Source: Candidatus Hydrogenedentota bacterium (GTDB lineage Bacteria; Hydrogenedentota; Hydrogenedentia; Hydrogenedentales; SLHB01). From it: DNA of 64,000 nt. The stretch is from NCBI GenBank assembly GCA_019695095.1, contig JAIBAQ010000008.1, positions 9,748 to 73,747 of the forward strand. The letters run 5' to 3'. The position numbers and the translations under genes are program-made. A model generated the notes under the pieces. That model was not told the DNA's origin. It did not search any database and saw only the letters and a list, made by a program, of their open reading frames with translations. Of this stretch, positions 49,935 through 59,979 are shown in pieces. Numbering within the stretch: the stretch's first letter is position 1; every line of letters starts with the position of its first letter.

Positions 49935-51701
49935 CTACTCGGGCTTCAGTCGTATGCTCTGAGCATTCATAACCGCATAGCTTGCCATTTTCTCTGGCTT
50001 GATGGTGATCGTATGCTTGCCTGCCGGGATGTCCGTCTTGCCCAATGCCACCGCTTTGTAATCCTTCCAGGTACCTGTTCCCGCGACGGAACCTTCGGCG
50101 ACTTGCTGGTCATCAAGCAGTATTGCGAACTGACTTCCGGCGGCGCTGTTCTCGCATGAGTAAGTGAGCTCGATTCCGAACGAACCGGCCTTCTCGATTT
50201 CAATCGTCCAATTCACGGTATCCGCGGGATTGGTCCAGAATCCGATGTCGTCCACCTTGTGTCCATCGGTCTGGTAGCGGGCCGTATCGCCATGAATAGT
50301 CGCATCAACTGCATGCAGCACGAACTCGCCGTTTGTCCCCGCAAGTATCGGCGACTCCACCACGGACGGCGTTCCTTCGATCTCCAGCGCCACTACCGAC
50401 GCGATCGCGTCGGGTGCCGCCGCTGGCACATGCACGGTAACGCGATCGTCTCCCTTCACGGTCTTGAGTGGCGCGTGTTCTGAGTCGGACAGCAGATCGG
50501 CCTTCTTCACCGCGTTCGTCAGCCCCGGCACAACAAGTTCCCCGCTGGACGGCCAATCGAACACGTGAAGATACAAAACGCCGGGCTTGCTTGTGCAACG
50601 GCCCCACGGCAATCGCCGGAACGGACTCGCGGTCGTGCCGTAGATGCTCTCGCCATTCACACGCATCCAATCCCCCATCGCCTTCAATCGCTCGACACTC
50701 GCCTCCGGAATCAGACCTTCCGCAGTCGGCCCCACATTCAACAGAAAGTTGCCGCCCTTGCTTACAATGTCGATCAACTTCCGGATCAGATCTTCCTTGG
50801 ACTTCCAATTCGCATCGCCGGACTTGTACCCCCACGTGTCGTTCATCGTCATGCAGACTTCCCAATCGCGATTGGGAATGCCCGTTGGCGGAATGTACTG
50901 CTCGGGCGTGTCGTAGTCCTGCGGAATCTGAATGCGGTTGTTGATGATGATATTGGGCTGTATGCCGCGAATCATGGAGACGACTTCGTTGGAACGCAAC
51001 TCATCCGGTTTGTGTTCCCAACCTCCGTCAAACCAAATGATGCCGATGGGTCCGTACTTGGTGAGCAGTTCTTTGAGTTGACCTTCCATATAGTCGATGT
51101 ACCGGTTCAGATCCGCCCCATCTTTCGGACGCGTATCCCACGGGCGTGGGCTTCCTTCCCCGCGCGGAAGATAATCGGGGTGATGCCAGTCGAGAATGGA
51201 GTGATACCAGCACATGGTCATGTCTTCGCGTCTCACCGCATCGGACAGCTCTTTCATGATGTCGCGCTTAAACGGCGTACTCATGACATCGTAGTCCGTG
51301 AGCGCGCTGTCGAATAGACAGAATCCGTCGTGGTGCTTGCTCGTGATGACGACATATTTCATCCCCGCATCTTTCGCCAGTTTTGCCCATTCGTCCGCGT
51401 TGAACTTAACGGGATTGAACTCGTGAATGAGCGGTTCGTAGTCGGCGACAGGGATCTTTCCGTTGAACATGATCCATTCACCCGCACTTTCCACGGGTTT
51501 GCCTTTCCAAACACCCGCCGGAACCGCGTAGAGTCCCCAATGGATGAACATGCCGAACTTGGCTTCGCGCCACCATGCCATGCGCGCGTCGCGTTGCTCT
51601 TTGGTTTCCTCCTGCGCGTGAGATGCGCCTGTGAGAATCATGGACGCGACGATTGCCAACGAGGCCAGACAGAACAGATCTCTCCGGATGCGATTCAACA
51701 T
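49935..51701 (-). CDS. Secreted alpha-L-fucosidase (GH29) with C-terminal carbohydrate-binding (F5/8 type C-like) domain
   Basis: Signal peptide. GH29 signature MAWWREAKFGMFIHWGLYAVPAG...VVITSKHHDGFCLFDS. C-terminal beta-sandwich. Confidence 0.85.
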   Translation of the reverse strand: MLNRIRRDLFCLASLAIVASMILTGASHAQEETKEQRDARMAWWREAKFGMFIHWGLYAVPAGVWKGKPVESAGEWIMFNGKIPVADYEPLIHEFNPVKFNADEWAKLAKDAGMKYVVITSKHHDGFCLFDSALTDYDVMSTPFKRDIMKELSDAVRREDMTMCWYHSILDWHHPDYLPRGEGSPRPWDTRPKDGADLNRYIDYMEGQLKELLTKYGPIGIIWFDGGWEHKPDELRSNEVVSMIRGIQPNIIINNRIQIPQDYDTPEQYIPPTGIPNRDWEVCMTMNDTWGYKSGDANWKSKEDLIRKLIDIVSKGGNFLLNVGPTAEGLIPEASVERLKAMGDWMRVNGESIYGTTASPFRRLPWGRCTSKPGVLYLHVFDWPSSGELVVPGLTNAVKKADLLSDSEHAPLKTVKGDDRVTVHVPAAAPDAIASVVALEIEGTPSVVESPILAGTNGEFVLHAVDATIHGDTARYQTDGHKVDDIGFWTNPADTVNWTIEIEKAGSFGIELTYSCENSAAGSQFAILLDDQQVAEGSVAGTGTWKDYKAVALGKTDIPAGKHTITIKPEKMASYAVMNAQSIRLKPE

Positions 51702-51736
51702 GGTCCGTCTCCCAGGATTGCCTTGCGTTTATGCTT

Positions 51737-52141
51737 TCACGACCACGTTTGCCGCGTGGCCAACTCAATACTGTTACCGGCGGGGTCGCGGAAGTATATC
51801 GAGTGGCCACCGTTGGGCCAGTCGATTTCCGTTTCGATACGCACGCCCGCTTCACTCAGGCGCACCCGCCAAGATTCCAGCGCTTCCGGTTTCACTTCAA
51901 ACGCGGCATGCCCCGGCCCCGTCGCGCCATGCACCGGAAAGGGCGTCCCCTCCACGGATGTCGCTTCGGGATTGAACACAAGAAACATGCCTTTACCACA
52001 ACGGAAAAAGACGTGACGCCCTTCCATCTTCGCATAGACTTCAAGGCCAATCACGTCACAATAGAAATGCTCCGCCGCTTCCAGATCGGCAGCGTAGACG
52101 CACGTCTCAAGAATGCCTTCAAGTCGTGGCATTGCCATCAT
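51737..52141 (-). CDS. VOC family protein (glyoxalase/bleomycin resistance-like)
   Basis: 134 aa. GLEVYAKMEGRHVFFRCG...GHAAFEV...HSIYFRDPAGNSIEL. Start overlaps the stop of the upstream gene by 4 nt. Confidence 0.8.
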   Translation of the reverse strand: MMAMPRLEGILETCVYAADLEAAEHFYCDVIGLEVYAKMEGRHVFFRCGKGMFLVFNPEATSVEGTPFPVHGATGPGHAAFEVKPEALESWRVRLSEAGVRIETEIDWPNGGHSIYFRDPAGNSIELATRQTWS

Positions 52142-52863
52142 CCTGCGTTGAGGTCTTCTATGAACCTTGTCTCGGGGGTCAGCATGTCCGGCTTAACGTC
52201 CAGCTTCGTAGCGATCATGTAAATGAGCGTGGTCCAAATTTCCTGATCGTCTCTTTCCTGCACGGGGACGGCAAGTTCGCTTCGAGTGCTGTTGATGACT
52301 ACAGATCGGGTCGTTATGCAACTGGAAGGCACATAGCGCGCGAACGGAAGCGTGAGTTCATCAAGAATTAACAAAAACAACGGTGTGCAGAATGCGACAA
52401 TCAGGAGGCCTACGAATAGGCCGCCAACGAATTCGCAGAAAGAACCTGCCGTAGCGATTATAACAATGGCTATTGGCATAAGTGTCAGCGCAAAGACCAG
52501 AGTTAAACCAGCGTTCAGCCAGTCAATAAGGCGAGGCCGTGCCAACTGCGGCAGTCCGTGGCCGAGCGACATCTCTAGTTCTTTCCACGCCTTACGTCTT
52601 TTCCTTCGCGGAACCAGTGTCTCCAGTGGTGTGTCCAGCGAGATCTCGCGTGTACTCTTCCCCGAGATTTCGGCTAAGGCTGAGCGGGTTTTCAAGAATG
52701 AGGCAAGCCTGCGGCACTTGTGATAAGGACGAGTCGCAACCTGATCGCAGATCCACGCATACAGACTACCTACGGTCCGATAGTCGATAAACCCGTCGTT
52801 ATCCATCCGGACGTCGAACTCTTCTTCGACGGCCATGATGAGTTCCGTGAGCTCCAATCCCAT
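52138..52863 (-). CDS. Membrane protein whose N- and C-termini are ACP-like (apparently circularly permuted acyl-carrier-protein fold lacking the phosphopantetheine Ser)
   Basis: AAGGAG Shine-Dalgarno 9 nt upstream of the ATG. N-terminus GLELTELIMAVEEEFDVRMDNDGFIDY resembles ACP helix II-III. C-terminus IATKLDVKPDMLTPETRFIEDLNAG resembles ACP helix I up to the DSL position. Central ~60 aa form 2 hydrophobic TM helices. Confidence 0.55.
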   Translation of the reverse strand: MGLELTELIMAVEEEFDVRMDNDGFIDYRTVGSLYAWICDQVATRPYHKCRRLASFLKTRSALAEISGKSTREISLDTPLETLVPRRKRRKAWKELEMSLGHGLPQLARPRLIDWLNAGLTLVFALTLMPIAIVIIATAGSFCEFVGGLFVGLLIVAFCTPLFLLILDELTLPFARYVPSSCITTRSVVINSTRSELAVPVQERDDQEIWTTLIYMIATKLDVKPDMLTPETRFIEDLNAG

Positions 52864-52910
52864 AGGGAATGACTCCTTACCGGTTGGCGGGCAAGGACGG
52901 AGTCCCTACC

Positions 52911-53744
52911 CTATGACGGAAACAGATACTCGATCAATGGCTCCACTTCGCTGAAGTCCGAGACAAGTATATCCGCGCCTGCCTTCGTGAGACGATCCAC
53001 TTTTTCTTCGTTCCAGCCATACCCGCGCAATTCATCCGAGCAAACACCCACGGAAACACAGCCATGCTCGTGAGCCAAGCGAATCTCTACCGGCCCATCG
53101 CCGACCACCAGTACTTCGGTGCCGTGCAGGTCGTGCTGCGCAATGATGTTCTTGATGATCTTCTCTTTGTTGCTTTCCTGGTAGGTGCGGAGCGCTCCCC
53201 AAATCTCTGTGAAATACTGCGCCGCGCCAACGAGCCTCGACTCGTTCTGCACGTCTTCAATATCGGTGCCGCTGAAGATATACATCTCCAGCCCCCGGTC
53301 GTAGAGCGCTTTCACAAATTCCAGCGAACCCTTCACGACCACTTCTCCCACGGGCAAATCACCGGTCTGCAAGCGAGCGATGCGTTCCTTCACGCGCACC
53401 ATCAACCGATCGTTGTAGATCGCCTTGTAGCCGTGCGCGTCGAGTATCTTCTCTTCCGGAACAAACCCATAGTCGCGCACCATCTTGACGAGATGTTCCA
53501 TCTGCAGGATCGTGTTGATGCCCGTCGACTCGGCGATGTAGTCCTCGACTGCTTTCTCAATCTCCGGTGTGTGCGGATGATCGCCGCAGATCATCTCCAC
53601 GCAGAGCGGCCCCATAACCTGCTGCCAGCCTTCGCGCAACAGGCTGACAGTGCCGTCGAAATCGAAGAGTCCGTATTTGAACTTTCCCCGCTTGGTTTCG
53701 CGAAGAATTCGAATGTCGGTTCCGGGAATGTACTGAGTCGTCAT
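52911..53744 (-). CDS. HAD superfamily hydrolase (phosphatase-like)
   Basis: Motif I LFDFDGTVS. Motif IV VVGDGPVEIRLAHEHG. The ATG overlaps the apt stop (ATGA). Confidence 0.8.
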   Translation of the reverse strand: MTTQYIPGTDIRILRETKRGKFKYGLFDFDGTVSLLREGWQQVMGPLCVEMICGDHPHTPEIEKAVEDYIAESTGINTILQMEHLVKMVRDYGFVPEEKILDAHGYKAIYNDRLMVRVKERIARLQTGDLPVGEVVVKGSLEFVKALYDRGLEMYIFSGTDIEDVQNESRLVGAAQYFTEIWGALRTYQESNKEKIIKNIIAQHDLHGTEVLVVGDGPVEIRLAHEHGCVSVGVCSDELRGYGWNEEKVDRLTKAGADILVSDFSEVEPLIEYLFPS

Positions 53745-54268
53745 TATTCATCCACCACAATTTCCACCAGCGCATGCACGGGATAGCCGCTCAGCCGCTC
53801 GCGTCCCCCAAGGGGTAGTAACTCGATTACAAACGCAATTTCCACTATCTCCGCCCCCAGACGTTCCACCATGTTGGCTACAGCCTTCATGGTCCCGCCG
53901 GTGGCGAGCAAATCGTCAATCAAAATCGTCCGGTCGCCCTTCTTCAAGGCGTCCGCATGAATCTCCAACACGGCCGTGCCGTATTCGAGCTCATACTCTT
54001 CGCAAATCGTGTCCGCCGGAAGCTTACCCTTCTTGCGCGCCGGAACAAACGGTACGTCCATTGCATACGCAAGTGCTGCCCCAAAAATGAAGCCCCGCGC
54101 TTCCGCGCCCACGATCGCCGTAATACCCTTGCCGCCATACCGCTTCTTCCAGCCATCGATGATGTACTTGAACGCCTCCGGATACTGGAGCAACGTCGTC
54201 ACATCCTTGAACTGAATTCCCGGCTTGGGAAAATCCGGCACATTGCGGATCAGCGGGACAAGGTCCAT
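53744..54268 (-). CDS. apt: Adenine phosphoribosyltransferase (start at MDLVPLIRN)
   Basis: N-terminus MDLVPLIRNVPDFPKPGIQFKDVTTLL. PRPP-binding motif ILIDDLLATGGT. The track ORF extends upstream to 54328. Confidence 0.9.
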   Translation of the reverse strand: MDLVPLIRNVPDFPKPGIQFKDVTTLLQYPEAFKYIIDGWKKRYGGKGITAIVGAEARGFIFGAALAYAMDVPFVPARKKGKLPADTICEEYELEYGTAVLEIHADALKKGDRTILIDDLLATGGTMKAVANMVERLGAEIVEIAFVIELLPLGGRERLSGYPVHALVEIVVDE

Positions 54269-54360
54269 TACTTCTGTCTCCTTCGGTGCATGGTTTGCAT
54301 ACCGCGCCCCGCGAATGGGGACGTGCATCTTGCAGCGTTACCGTTCAATGCGATGCCGCG

Positions 54361-55230
54361 CTACGGCCCAAAATCCTCCGCGCGCTCACCTACAAACTTG
54401 CGAAGCCTTCGCATCACATCGTTCTCGATTTGACGAATACGCTCACGCGTCAGATTAAACCGGCGCCCCGTTTGTTCCAACGTGTGGGCGCGCCCGTCCA
54501 TCAACCCGTAGCGGTACCGGATAATATTCTGTTCGCGGGGCGTCAACTGCTTCATGATCTCTTCGAGCTGCTGATCCAGCTCGATTTGCGCGATCGCATC
54601 GTCCATGCGGCGCGGTTCCATGTTCTCGGGAATGCCGCGTCCATTGTCATCGCTGGTTGTCTCAAGGTTGTCCAGCGGCGAGATATCGTCCACGAACGAC
54701 TGCAGTTTGCGCGCTTCCGCCACCTTGATGCCCATCGCCGTTGCAATCTCTTCGGGGTCGGGGCGTTTGCCGGTCCGGATATAGAGTTCCTCGGCCGTCT
54801 TCTTATAACGCGAGACGTTATCCGTCACGTACACGGGTATACGCACCGTGCGCCCATAGTTGGACAAGGCCCGCGTGATAGCCTGACGGATCCACCACGT
54901 CGCATAGGTGGAAAACTTGCAGCCGCGGCCCGGATCGTACCGGTCGACCGCCTTCATCAACCCGAGGTTACCCTCTTCGATGAGATCCTGGAGCTGCAAA
55001 CCGTAGTAGAGGTACTTCTTCGCGATACTCACCACCAAGCGGAGGTTCGACACTATGAGTTTTTTGCGCGCTTCGCCTTCGCCGCGCTGTGCCGCCTCGG
55101 CCAGTCGTATCTCTTCGGAAGCGGACAAAAGTGGAATACGAGAGATCTCGGCGAGGTACGCACTTAATCCGGTCTCTCGTGTATCCGCCATTGGTCTCTC
55201 TTCTTGGTAGTGGGGACGAGCCTGCGGCAA
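54361..55230 (-). CDS. RNA polymerase sigma factor, sigma-70 family (regions 2-4 present; group 2/3-like)
   Basis: Region 2 LIEEGNLGLMKAVDRYDPGRGCKFSTYATWWIRQAITRAL. Region 4 HTLEQTGRRFNLTRERIRQIENDVMRRLR. Confidence 0.85.
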   Translation of the reverse strand: MPQARPHYQEERPMADTRETGLSAYLAEISRIPLLSASEEIRLAEAAQRGEGEARKKLIVSNLRLVVSIAKKYLYYGLQLQDLIEEGNLGLMKAVDRYDPGRGCKFSTYATWWIRQAITRALSNYGRTVRIPVYVTDNVSRYKKTAEELYIRTGKRPDPEEIATAMGIKVAEARKLQSFVDDISPLDNLETTSDDNGRGIPENMEPRRMDDAIAQIELDQQLEEIMKQLTPREQNIIRYRYGLMDGRAHTLEQTGRRFNLTRERIRQIENDVMRRLRKFVGERAEDFGP

Positions 55231-55350
55231 CTCCGTCGGCTCTCAAAACACAACGGTTCCCAACGCTTCATTCTACTGGAGTTACGAGGATCGTTCAAGA
55301 AATGAACCGCGTTCGGTCGGCGAGACGTGAGTTGCGCTTGCGTGGACGCC

Positions 55351-56625
55351 CTACTCCGGCAACGGTTTGCCCTTGGTCTCGGGTGCAAGCCAAATGATTA
55401 ACATTCCAACAACATAGACCAACGTGATGACAGAACCCATCTTGGCATAGTCGCCGTCGAAATACCCCACGAGCTGCCCCGCGAATACTGCCCCCAGCGC
55501 GGCAAATACGCGTCCCGCATTGAAACAGATGCCCTGTCCCGTTGCGCGCATACGCGTCGGAAAAAGCTCAGGCAAGTAAAGCGGAAACCACCCATAGAAC
55601 GACGCCGTGGTCATGCCCACGAGAATAACCACGAACATGAAAAGGTAACCGAACTCCAGGCCGCCTCGAAAAAGAAACGCGCACGCCAGCAATGAACTCA
55701 AGCATAGAAGCGTGTAGGCGGGGCGGCGCCCGATGTATCCGCCGATGAGCGGGCCGACCAAGCCGCCAAAAATCGCGCCAAACGCGCTGCACATGGCAAC
55801 CTGAGCCTTGGCCTCCGGATATGCGGACCCCACCATCTTGTCCACCCACACCGGAATCCACTGAACGGATGCCCATGTTCCGATCAACGCGACAGAAGCG
55901 ATTAGGATCCCTAGGATTGTATTCAGAAGGTGAGCGCCGCTGAAGACATCGCGCAGGGGGGCCGAAGGTCCTTGTTTCACTGATGCCTTCCATCGCTCGG
56001 ACTCAGGCACGGCCTTCACAATGAAGAACACAATCAACGCGGGCAATACCCCGACAAGCCATACCCAGCGCCACGAAGTGGGAGTGATGGGGACCACGTG
56101 TCCCAAGAATGCAACGAGAAGGTATCCTACATTGGCTGCGGCGCCGATAAGGCCCGCCATCAGCGGACGCAGCCGCTCGGGCCAACACTCCATCACCAAC
56201 GCCACGCCCAGCGACCATTCGCCACCCATGCCCAACGCAGCGATCACGCGGAACAGGCCCAAGTGCCACGGCTCTGTCGCGAAGTATCCCAGTCCCGTGC
56301 AGACGGAGTAGGTGAGGATGCTGAGAGACAGTGCGCGAACGCGCCCGATTCGATCGCCAAGATAGCCGAAAACGAGACCCCCAAACGCCGCCCCCAGCAA
56401 AAACAGAGCCGTGATGTAGCCCATCCACTGCCCGACAAACGCGTCGACGTTCTCTGAGCCAACCGCACTCTGAAACATGCTCTGAAGCGCGGGCCGCGCC
56501 ACGAGAGGAAACAGCCCCATCTCAAAGCCGTCGAACAGCCAACCCAGGAATGCGGCGATTAATACCAGATAGTGACTGGCGCCTACCCCCTCAGTCCCGC
56601 CGTTCGATTTAGAGATCATAGCCAT
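55351..56625 (-). CDS. MFS transporter (metabolite:H+ symporter-like). Probable start at MAMISK (nt ~56625).
   Basis: 12 TM helices. WLFDGFEMGLFPLVARPAL in the TM1 region and sugar-porter-like loop motifs. Confidence 0.8.
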   Translation of the reverse strand: MAMISKSNGGTEGVGASHYLVLIAAFLGWLFDGFEMGLFPLVARPALQSMFQSAVGSENVDAFVGQWMGYITALFLLGAAFGGLVFGYLGDRIGRVRALSLSILTYSVCTGLGYFATEPWHLGLFRVIAALGMGGEWSLGVALVMECWPERLRPLMAGLIGAAANVGYLLVAFLGHVVPITPTSWRWVWLVGVLPALIVFFIVKAVPESERWKASVKQGPSAPLRDVFSGAHLLNTILGILIASVALIGTWASVQWIPVWVDKMVGSAYPEAKAQVAMCSAFGAIFGGLVGPLIGGYIGRRPAYTLLCLSSLLACAFLFRGGLEFGYLFMFVVILVGMTTASFYGWFPLYLPELFPTRMRATGQGICFNAGRVFAALGAVFAGQLVGYFDGDYAKMGSVITLVYVVGMLIIWLAPETKGKPLPE

Positions 56626-56770
56626 TTCACGAAAGAGTACCCCATTGCACCGCGAGATTCCACAACCCGAAGTTGTCTCTATGCGGCCTTCGCGGTAGGA
56701 TGAGTGTGTCCTGGTTTCACACAAACTTCGTCTTATCTGCCGCCGCCGGGCCCTTCTGAAAGGAGACCTC

Positions 56771-57682
56771 GTGATGCCGTTTGCCGCCGCTCCGCTTCTT
56801 GGTGTGATGATGCTCTCCGCTCCCGACGCCCCCGCAAAACCCGATGTCTTCGACCGCGTACGTCACGACTACGCCGACAACAACGGCGTGCGAATTCACT
56901 TCGCGTCCCTTGGCGAAGGTCCACTGATCATCATGATTCACGGTTTCCCTGATTTCTGGTATTCGTGGCGCTACCAAATGGACGCGCTCGCCGATCGCTT
57001 TCAGGTTGTTGCCATGGATCTGCGCGGATACAACTTGAGCGACAAGCCCGAAGGTGTCGACAACTACGCCATGCCGTTGCTCGTCGGCGATGTCCTGGCG
57101 GTTATGCAGAAGGCAGGGAAAGACAAAGCCATTGTCGTCGGCCACGACTGGGGCGGCGCGGTGGCGTGGGGCGTCGCGATGATGTACCCCGACAAGGTGG
57201 AGAAACTCGTCGTTTGCGACTTGCCGCATCCACGAGGTTTTCGCCGCGAGTTGGCCAACAATCCCAAACAACAGCGCAACAGCGCCTACGCCCGCACCTT
57301 TCAAAAAGAAGGCGCGGAATCCATGCTGACGCCCGAGAGCCTGGCGGATATTGTCGGCACGATGGACGACGCCACACGCGCCCGATACATCGAGGCATTT
57401 TCCAAGTCCGATATCGCCGCGATGCTCAATTACTACAAAGCCAACTATCCCTACGAACCCTACACAGAAGATACTTCGCCCCTCGTCAAAGTGAAGCCAC
57501 CCGTGCTGATGTTTCACGGTCTTCGCGACTGGGCCCTGCTGCCCTCCATGCTGAACGACACGTGGGAATGGCTCGAGAAACCGCTTACGCTCGTTACCGT
57601 CCCCGACGCCGGACATTGGGTACAACACGACGCCCGCGACCTCGTCAGCAACACAATGCGCTGGTGGCTTACCCAGCCTTAG
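56771..57682 (+). CDS. alpha/beta hydrolase (epoxide-hydrolase-like)
   Basis: [13 protein letters not shown] (HGXP oxyanion motif). Nucleophile elbow [13 protein letters not shown]-terminal His region ([10 protein letters not shown]). Confidence 0.8.
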   Translation: MMPFAAAPLLGVMMLSAPDAPAKPDVFDRVRHDYADNNGVRIHFASLGEGPLIIMIHGFPDFWYSWRYQMDALADRFQVVAMDLRGYNLSDKPEGVDNYAMPLLVGDVLAVMQKAGKDKAIVVGHDWGGAVAWGVAMMYPDKVEKLVVCDLPHPRGFRRELANNPKQQRNSAYARTFQKEGAESMLTPESLADIVGTMDDATRARYIEAFSKSDIAAMLNYYKANYPYEPYTEDTSPLVKVKPPVLMFHGLRDWALLPSMLNDTWEWLEKPLTLVTVPDAGHWVQHDARDLVSNTMRWWLTQP

Positions 57683-57824
57683 ATCTCGGACGACACGCCA
57701 GCTTCAACACGATATCCGCAAAGCACGCATCACGCGTTCACTCGGTTGCCCCGTGATATAGTGACCAGTACCGAGCGACCGCAGGAGACAGACACGAAGG
57801 CGGACTGAACTAGGAGGGGCTGCC

Positions 57825-59186
57825 GTGAATCGTCGCGAGTTCTTAATGACAGCGGGTGCGGGATCGGTCTCACTTCTGGCCGCGAAGGGCGCGCATGCCC
57901 AAGAACAACCCCGCAAGCGTAACGTGCTTCTCTACGTGACCGATGATCAGGGGACCGGCGACGCCGGATGCTACGGAAGCCGCATCGCCAAGACCCCCGG
58001 CATGGACGCGCTCGCGCGCGAAGGCGTCCGCATGAACTCCGCCTATTGCACGACGCCAAGTTGCAGCCCGAGCCGCTCCGTTTTGCTGACAGGACTGCAC
58101 AATCACGCGAACGGGCAATATGGCTTGGAACACTCCTACCATCACTTCGCCTCGTTTCCCAATATCAAGACCCTACCCGTATTGCTCGCAGGCGCGGGGT
58201 ATCGCACGGCGTCAGCAGGAAAATTCCACGTCGCGCCCAAAGACACGTACCAGTTCCAGCAGTACATCGGCGGTCCGTCCCCCAGCGAAATGGCCGACAA
58301 TTGCCTCCCATTTCTCGCCGCGCGGGATGAGGCTCCGTTCTTCCTGTATTTCTGCACAACCGAGCCACATCGCAATTTCAAGCGCGACGGAGCCGATCCG
58401 GTTCGACCAGAAAACGTCGTTGTTCCGGCTTTCCTTCCCGATACACCCGAAACACGCCTGGAATTGGCCGCGTACTACGCATCTCTACAGCGAGCCGATT
58501 CAGGTCTTGTGCGTCTGATAAAGATCCTTCACGACACAGGTCACTGGGAAGACACGCTCATCATTTGTTTGTCAGATAACGGCATACCGTTTCCCGGAGC
58601 CAAAACAAACCTGTACGAGCCGGGGATTCACCTCCCCTGTATTGTCCGCAATCCCTACTCCGGCCGGAGAGACGCGTCCTGCGACGCGATGGTCACCTGG
58701 GCCGACATCACCCCCACGATCCTTGACTTCGCGCAAGTACGGCCAGACGCCGAATCCCACGGACGCTCCTTTCTTTCGGCCATCGAAGAAGACAACCCCA
58801 AAGACTGGGACGAAACATACGCTTCCCACACCTTTCACGAAGTCACCATGTACTACCCGATGCGCATGGTCCGAACGCGAAAATACAAGCTCATCTGGAA
58901 CATTGCGCACGGCCTGGAATTTCCATTCGCGTCCGACCTCTACGGTTCCAAGACCTGGCAAGCCGTCCTGAGCAGACACGAAACCCACTACGGTCCCCGG
59001 TCCGTTGAAGCCTTGCTGAAACGTCCCGCCTTCGAACTCTACGACCTTGAATCCGATCCAAACGAGACAAACAACCTCGCAGACGACCCCGCCCACGCCG
59101 AAGTCCTCGCTGATCTCAAATCAAAACTCAAATCCTTTCAAGAGCGCACACGAGACCCCTGGATTCTGAAGTGGGAGAGGGAATAG
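57825..59186 (+). CDS. Tat-secreted sulfatase (formylglycine-dependent arylsulfatase family)
   Basis: Tat motif RREFLMTAGAGS. Sulfatase signature CTTPSCSPSRSVLLTG (C-x-P-x-R). Confidence 0.85.
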   Translation: MNRREFLMTAGAGSVSLLAAKGAHAQEQPRKRNVLLYVTDDQGTGDAGCYGSRIAKTPGMDALAREGVRMNSAYCTTPSCSPSRSVLLTGLHNHANGQYGLEHSYHHFASFPNIKTLPVLLAGAGYRTASAGKFHVAPKDTYQFQQYIGGPSPSEMADNCLPFLAARDEAPFFLYFCTTEPHRNFKRDGADPVRPENVVVPAFLPDTPETRLELAAYYASLQRADSGLVRLIKILHDTGHWEDTLIICLSDNGIPFPGAKTNLYEPGIHLPCIVRNPYSGRRDASCDAMVTWADITPTILDFAQVRPDAESHGRSFLSAIEEDNPKDWDETYASHTFHEVTMYYPMRMVRTRKYKLIWNIAHGLEFPFASDLYGSKTWQAVLSRHETHYGPRSVEALLKRPAFELYDLESDPNETNNLADDPAHAEVLADLKSKLKSFQERTRDPWILKWERE

Positions 59187-59278
59187 CCCGCTTAGGCAAT
59201 ACAAACGGAATCCAAAGATAGTCACACGTGAAGCGAACGCCGTAAATGCCGATGCGCTGTTTCATCGCGTATGTCTTC

Positions 59279-59737
59279 CGAAACCAGGGACTGACGCAAA
59301 CGAAGCGACCGCCGGGAACGCAGACGTGGCTATCCCTCCATTCGGAACAATCTGTGAAATCGGCTTCATCTGTGGACGAACTCTTCAACTCCCAGAGACG
59401 AGGCAACGTATCAAGATCTTCATCCACAGATTCCGCAGATGAAATCTCGCATTCGTAGCGTCCGGTCTCCGCCGACACACCTGTCGGCCGCCGGGCGTCT
59501 TCAACTTGTGTCCCAGCCGCCCCCGGCTACGGTCGAGCTCTATCCATCAAGTGTCGACTTCCCTGATTCGCATTCAGTAGCGCCGACCTCGCCGAGGCGG
59601 CGACGCGTATGCGTTGATCGTTGAACCTCCGAATACTCTGCGTATCCCACTACACCACTCGCCGCTCGCCGAAACAAGGGACTGACACAAGCGAAGCGAC
59701 CGCAGGGAGCGCAGACGTGTCTGTCCCTTCTTTCGGC
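59279..59737. repeat. Composite repeat block with two copies of a 69-nt hairpin element (59279-59345, 59669-59737) and a ~260-nt spacer unit. Homologous block at 63607-63935.
   Basis: CGAAACAAGGGACTGACACAAGCGAAGCGACCGCAGGGAGCGCAGACGTGTCTGTCCCTTCTTTCGGCG occurs identically at 59669-59737 and 63764-63832. A diverged copy sits at 59279-59345. Stem GGGACTGACAC/GTGTCTGTCCC. Confidence 0.7.
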
Positions 59738-59848
59738 GTCAATTCACTTCACACATGTCCGTTTTCCCCACTCTGTGCCCTCTGTGACTCTGTGGTTAAG
59801 CTTCATCAATTTGCACCACAGAGCCACAGAGAATGCAGAGAATGCAGA

Positions 59849-59884
59849 GAATGCAGAGAATGCACCTACGTTCCCTCCATCGCG
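59849..59884. repeat. Tandem 9-bp repeat (AGAGAATGC x4)
   Basis: Read directly: cacagagaatgcagagaatgcagagaatgcagagaatgcacc. Confidence 0.8.
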
Positions 59885-59979
59885 GGATCTCCCGCTTGCT
59901 GACACACATGCCAAATTCCCTTATGTATTATGACTTCTAGAAATCAGGAAGCCCTCTATTTCTCAGCGTATAGTTGCAC

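Noticed and set aside
50565-51317. 250-aa plus-strand ORF (and 50468..50944)
   Set aside because: Antisense to, or out of frame with, the GH29 fucosidase gene.
59849-59884. CRISPR array candidate
   Set aside because: Only a 9-bp unit repeated four times with no spacers. No cas genes nearby. Classified as a simple tandem repeat.
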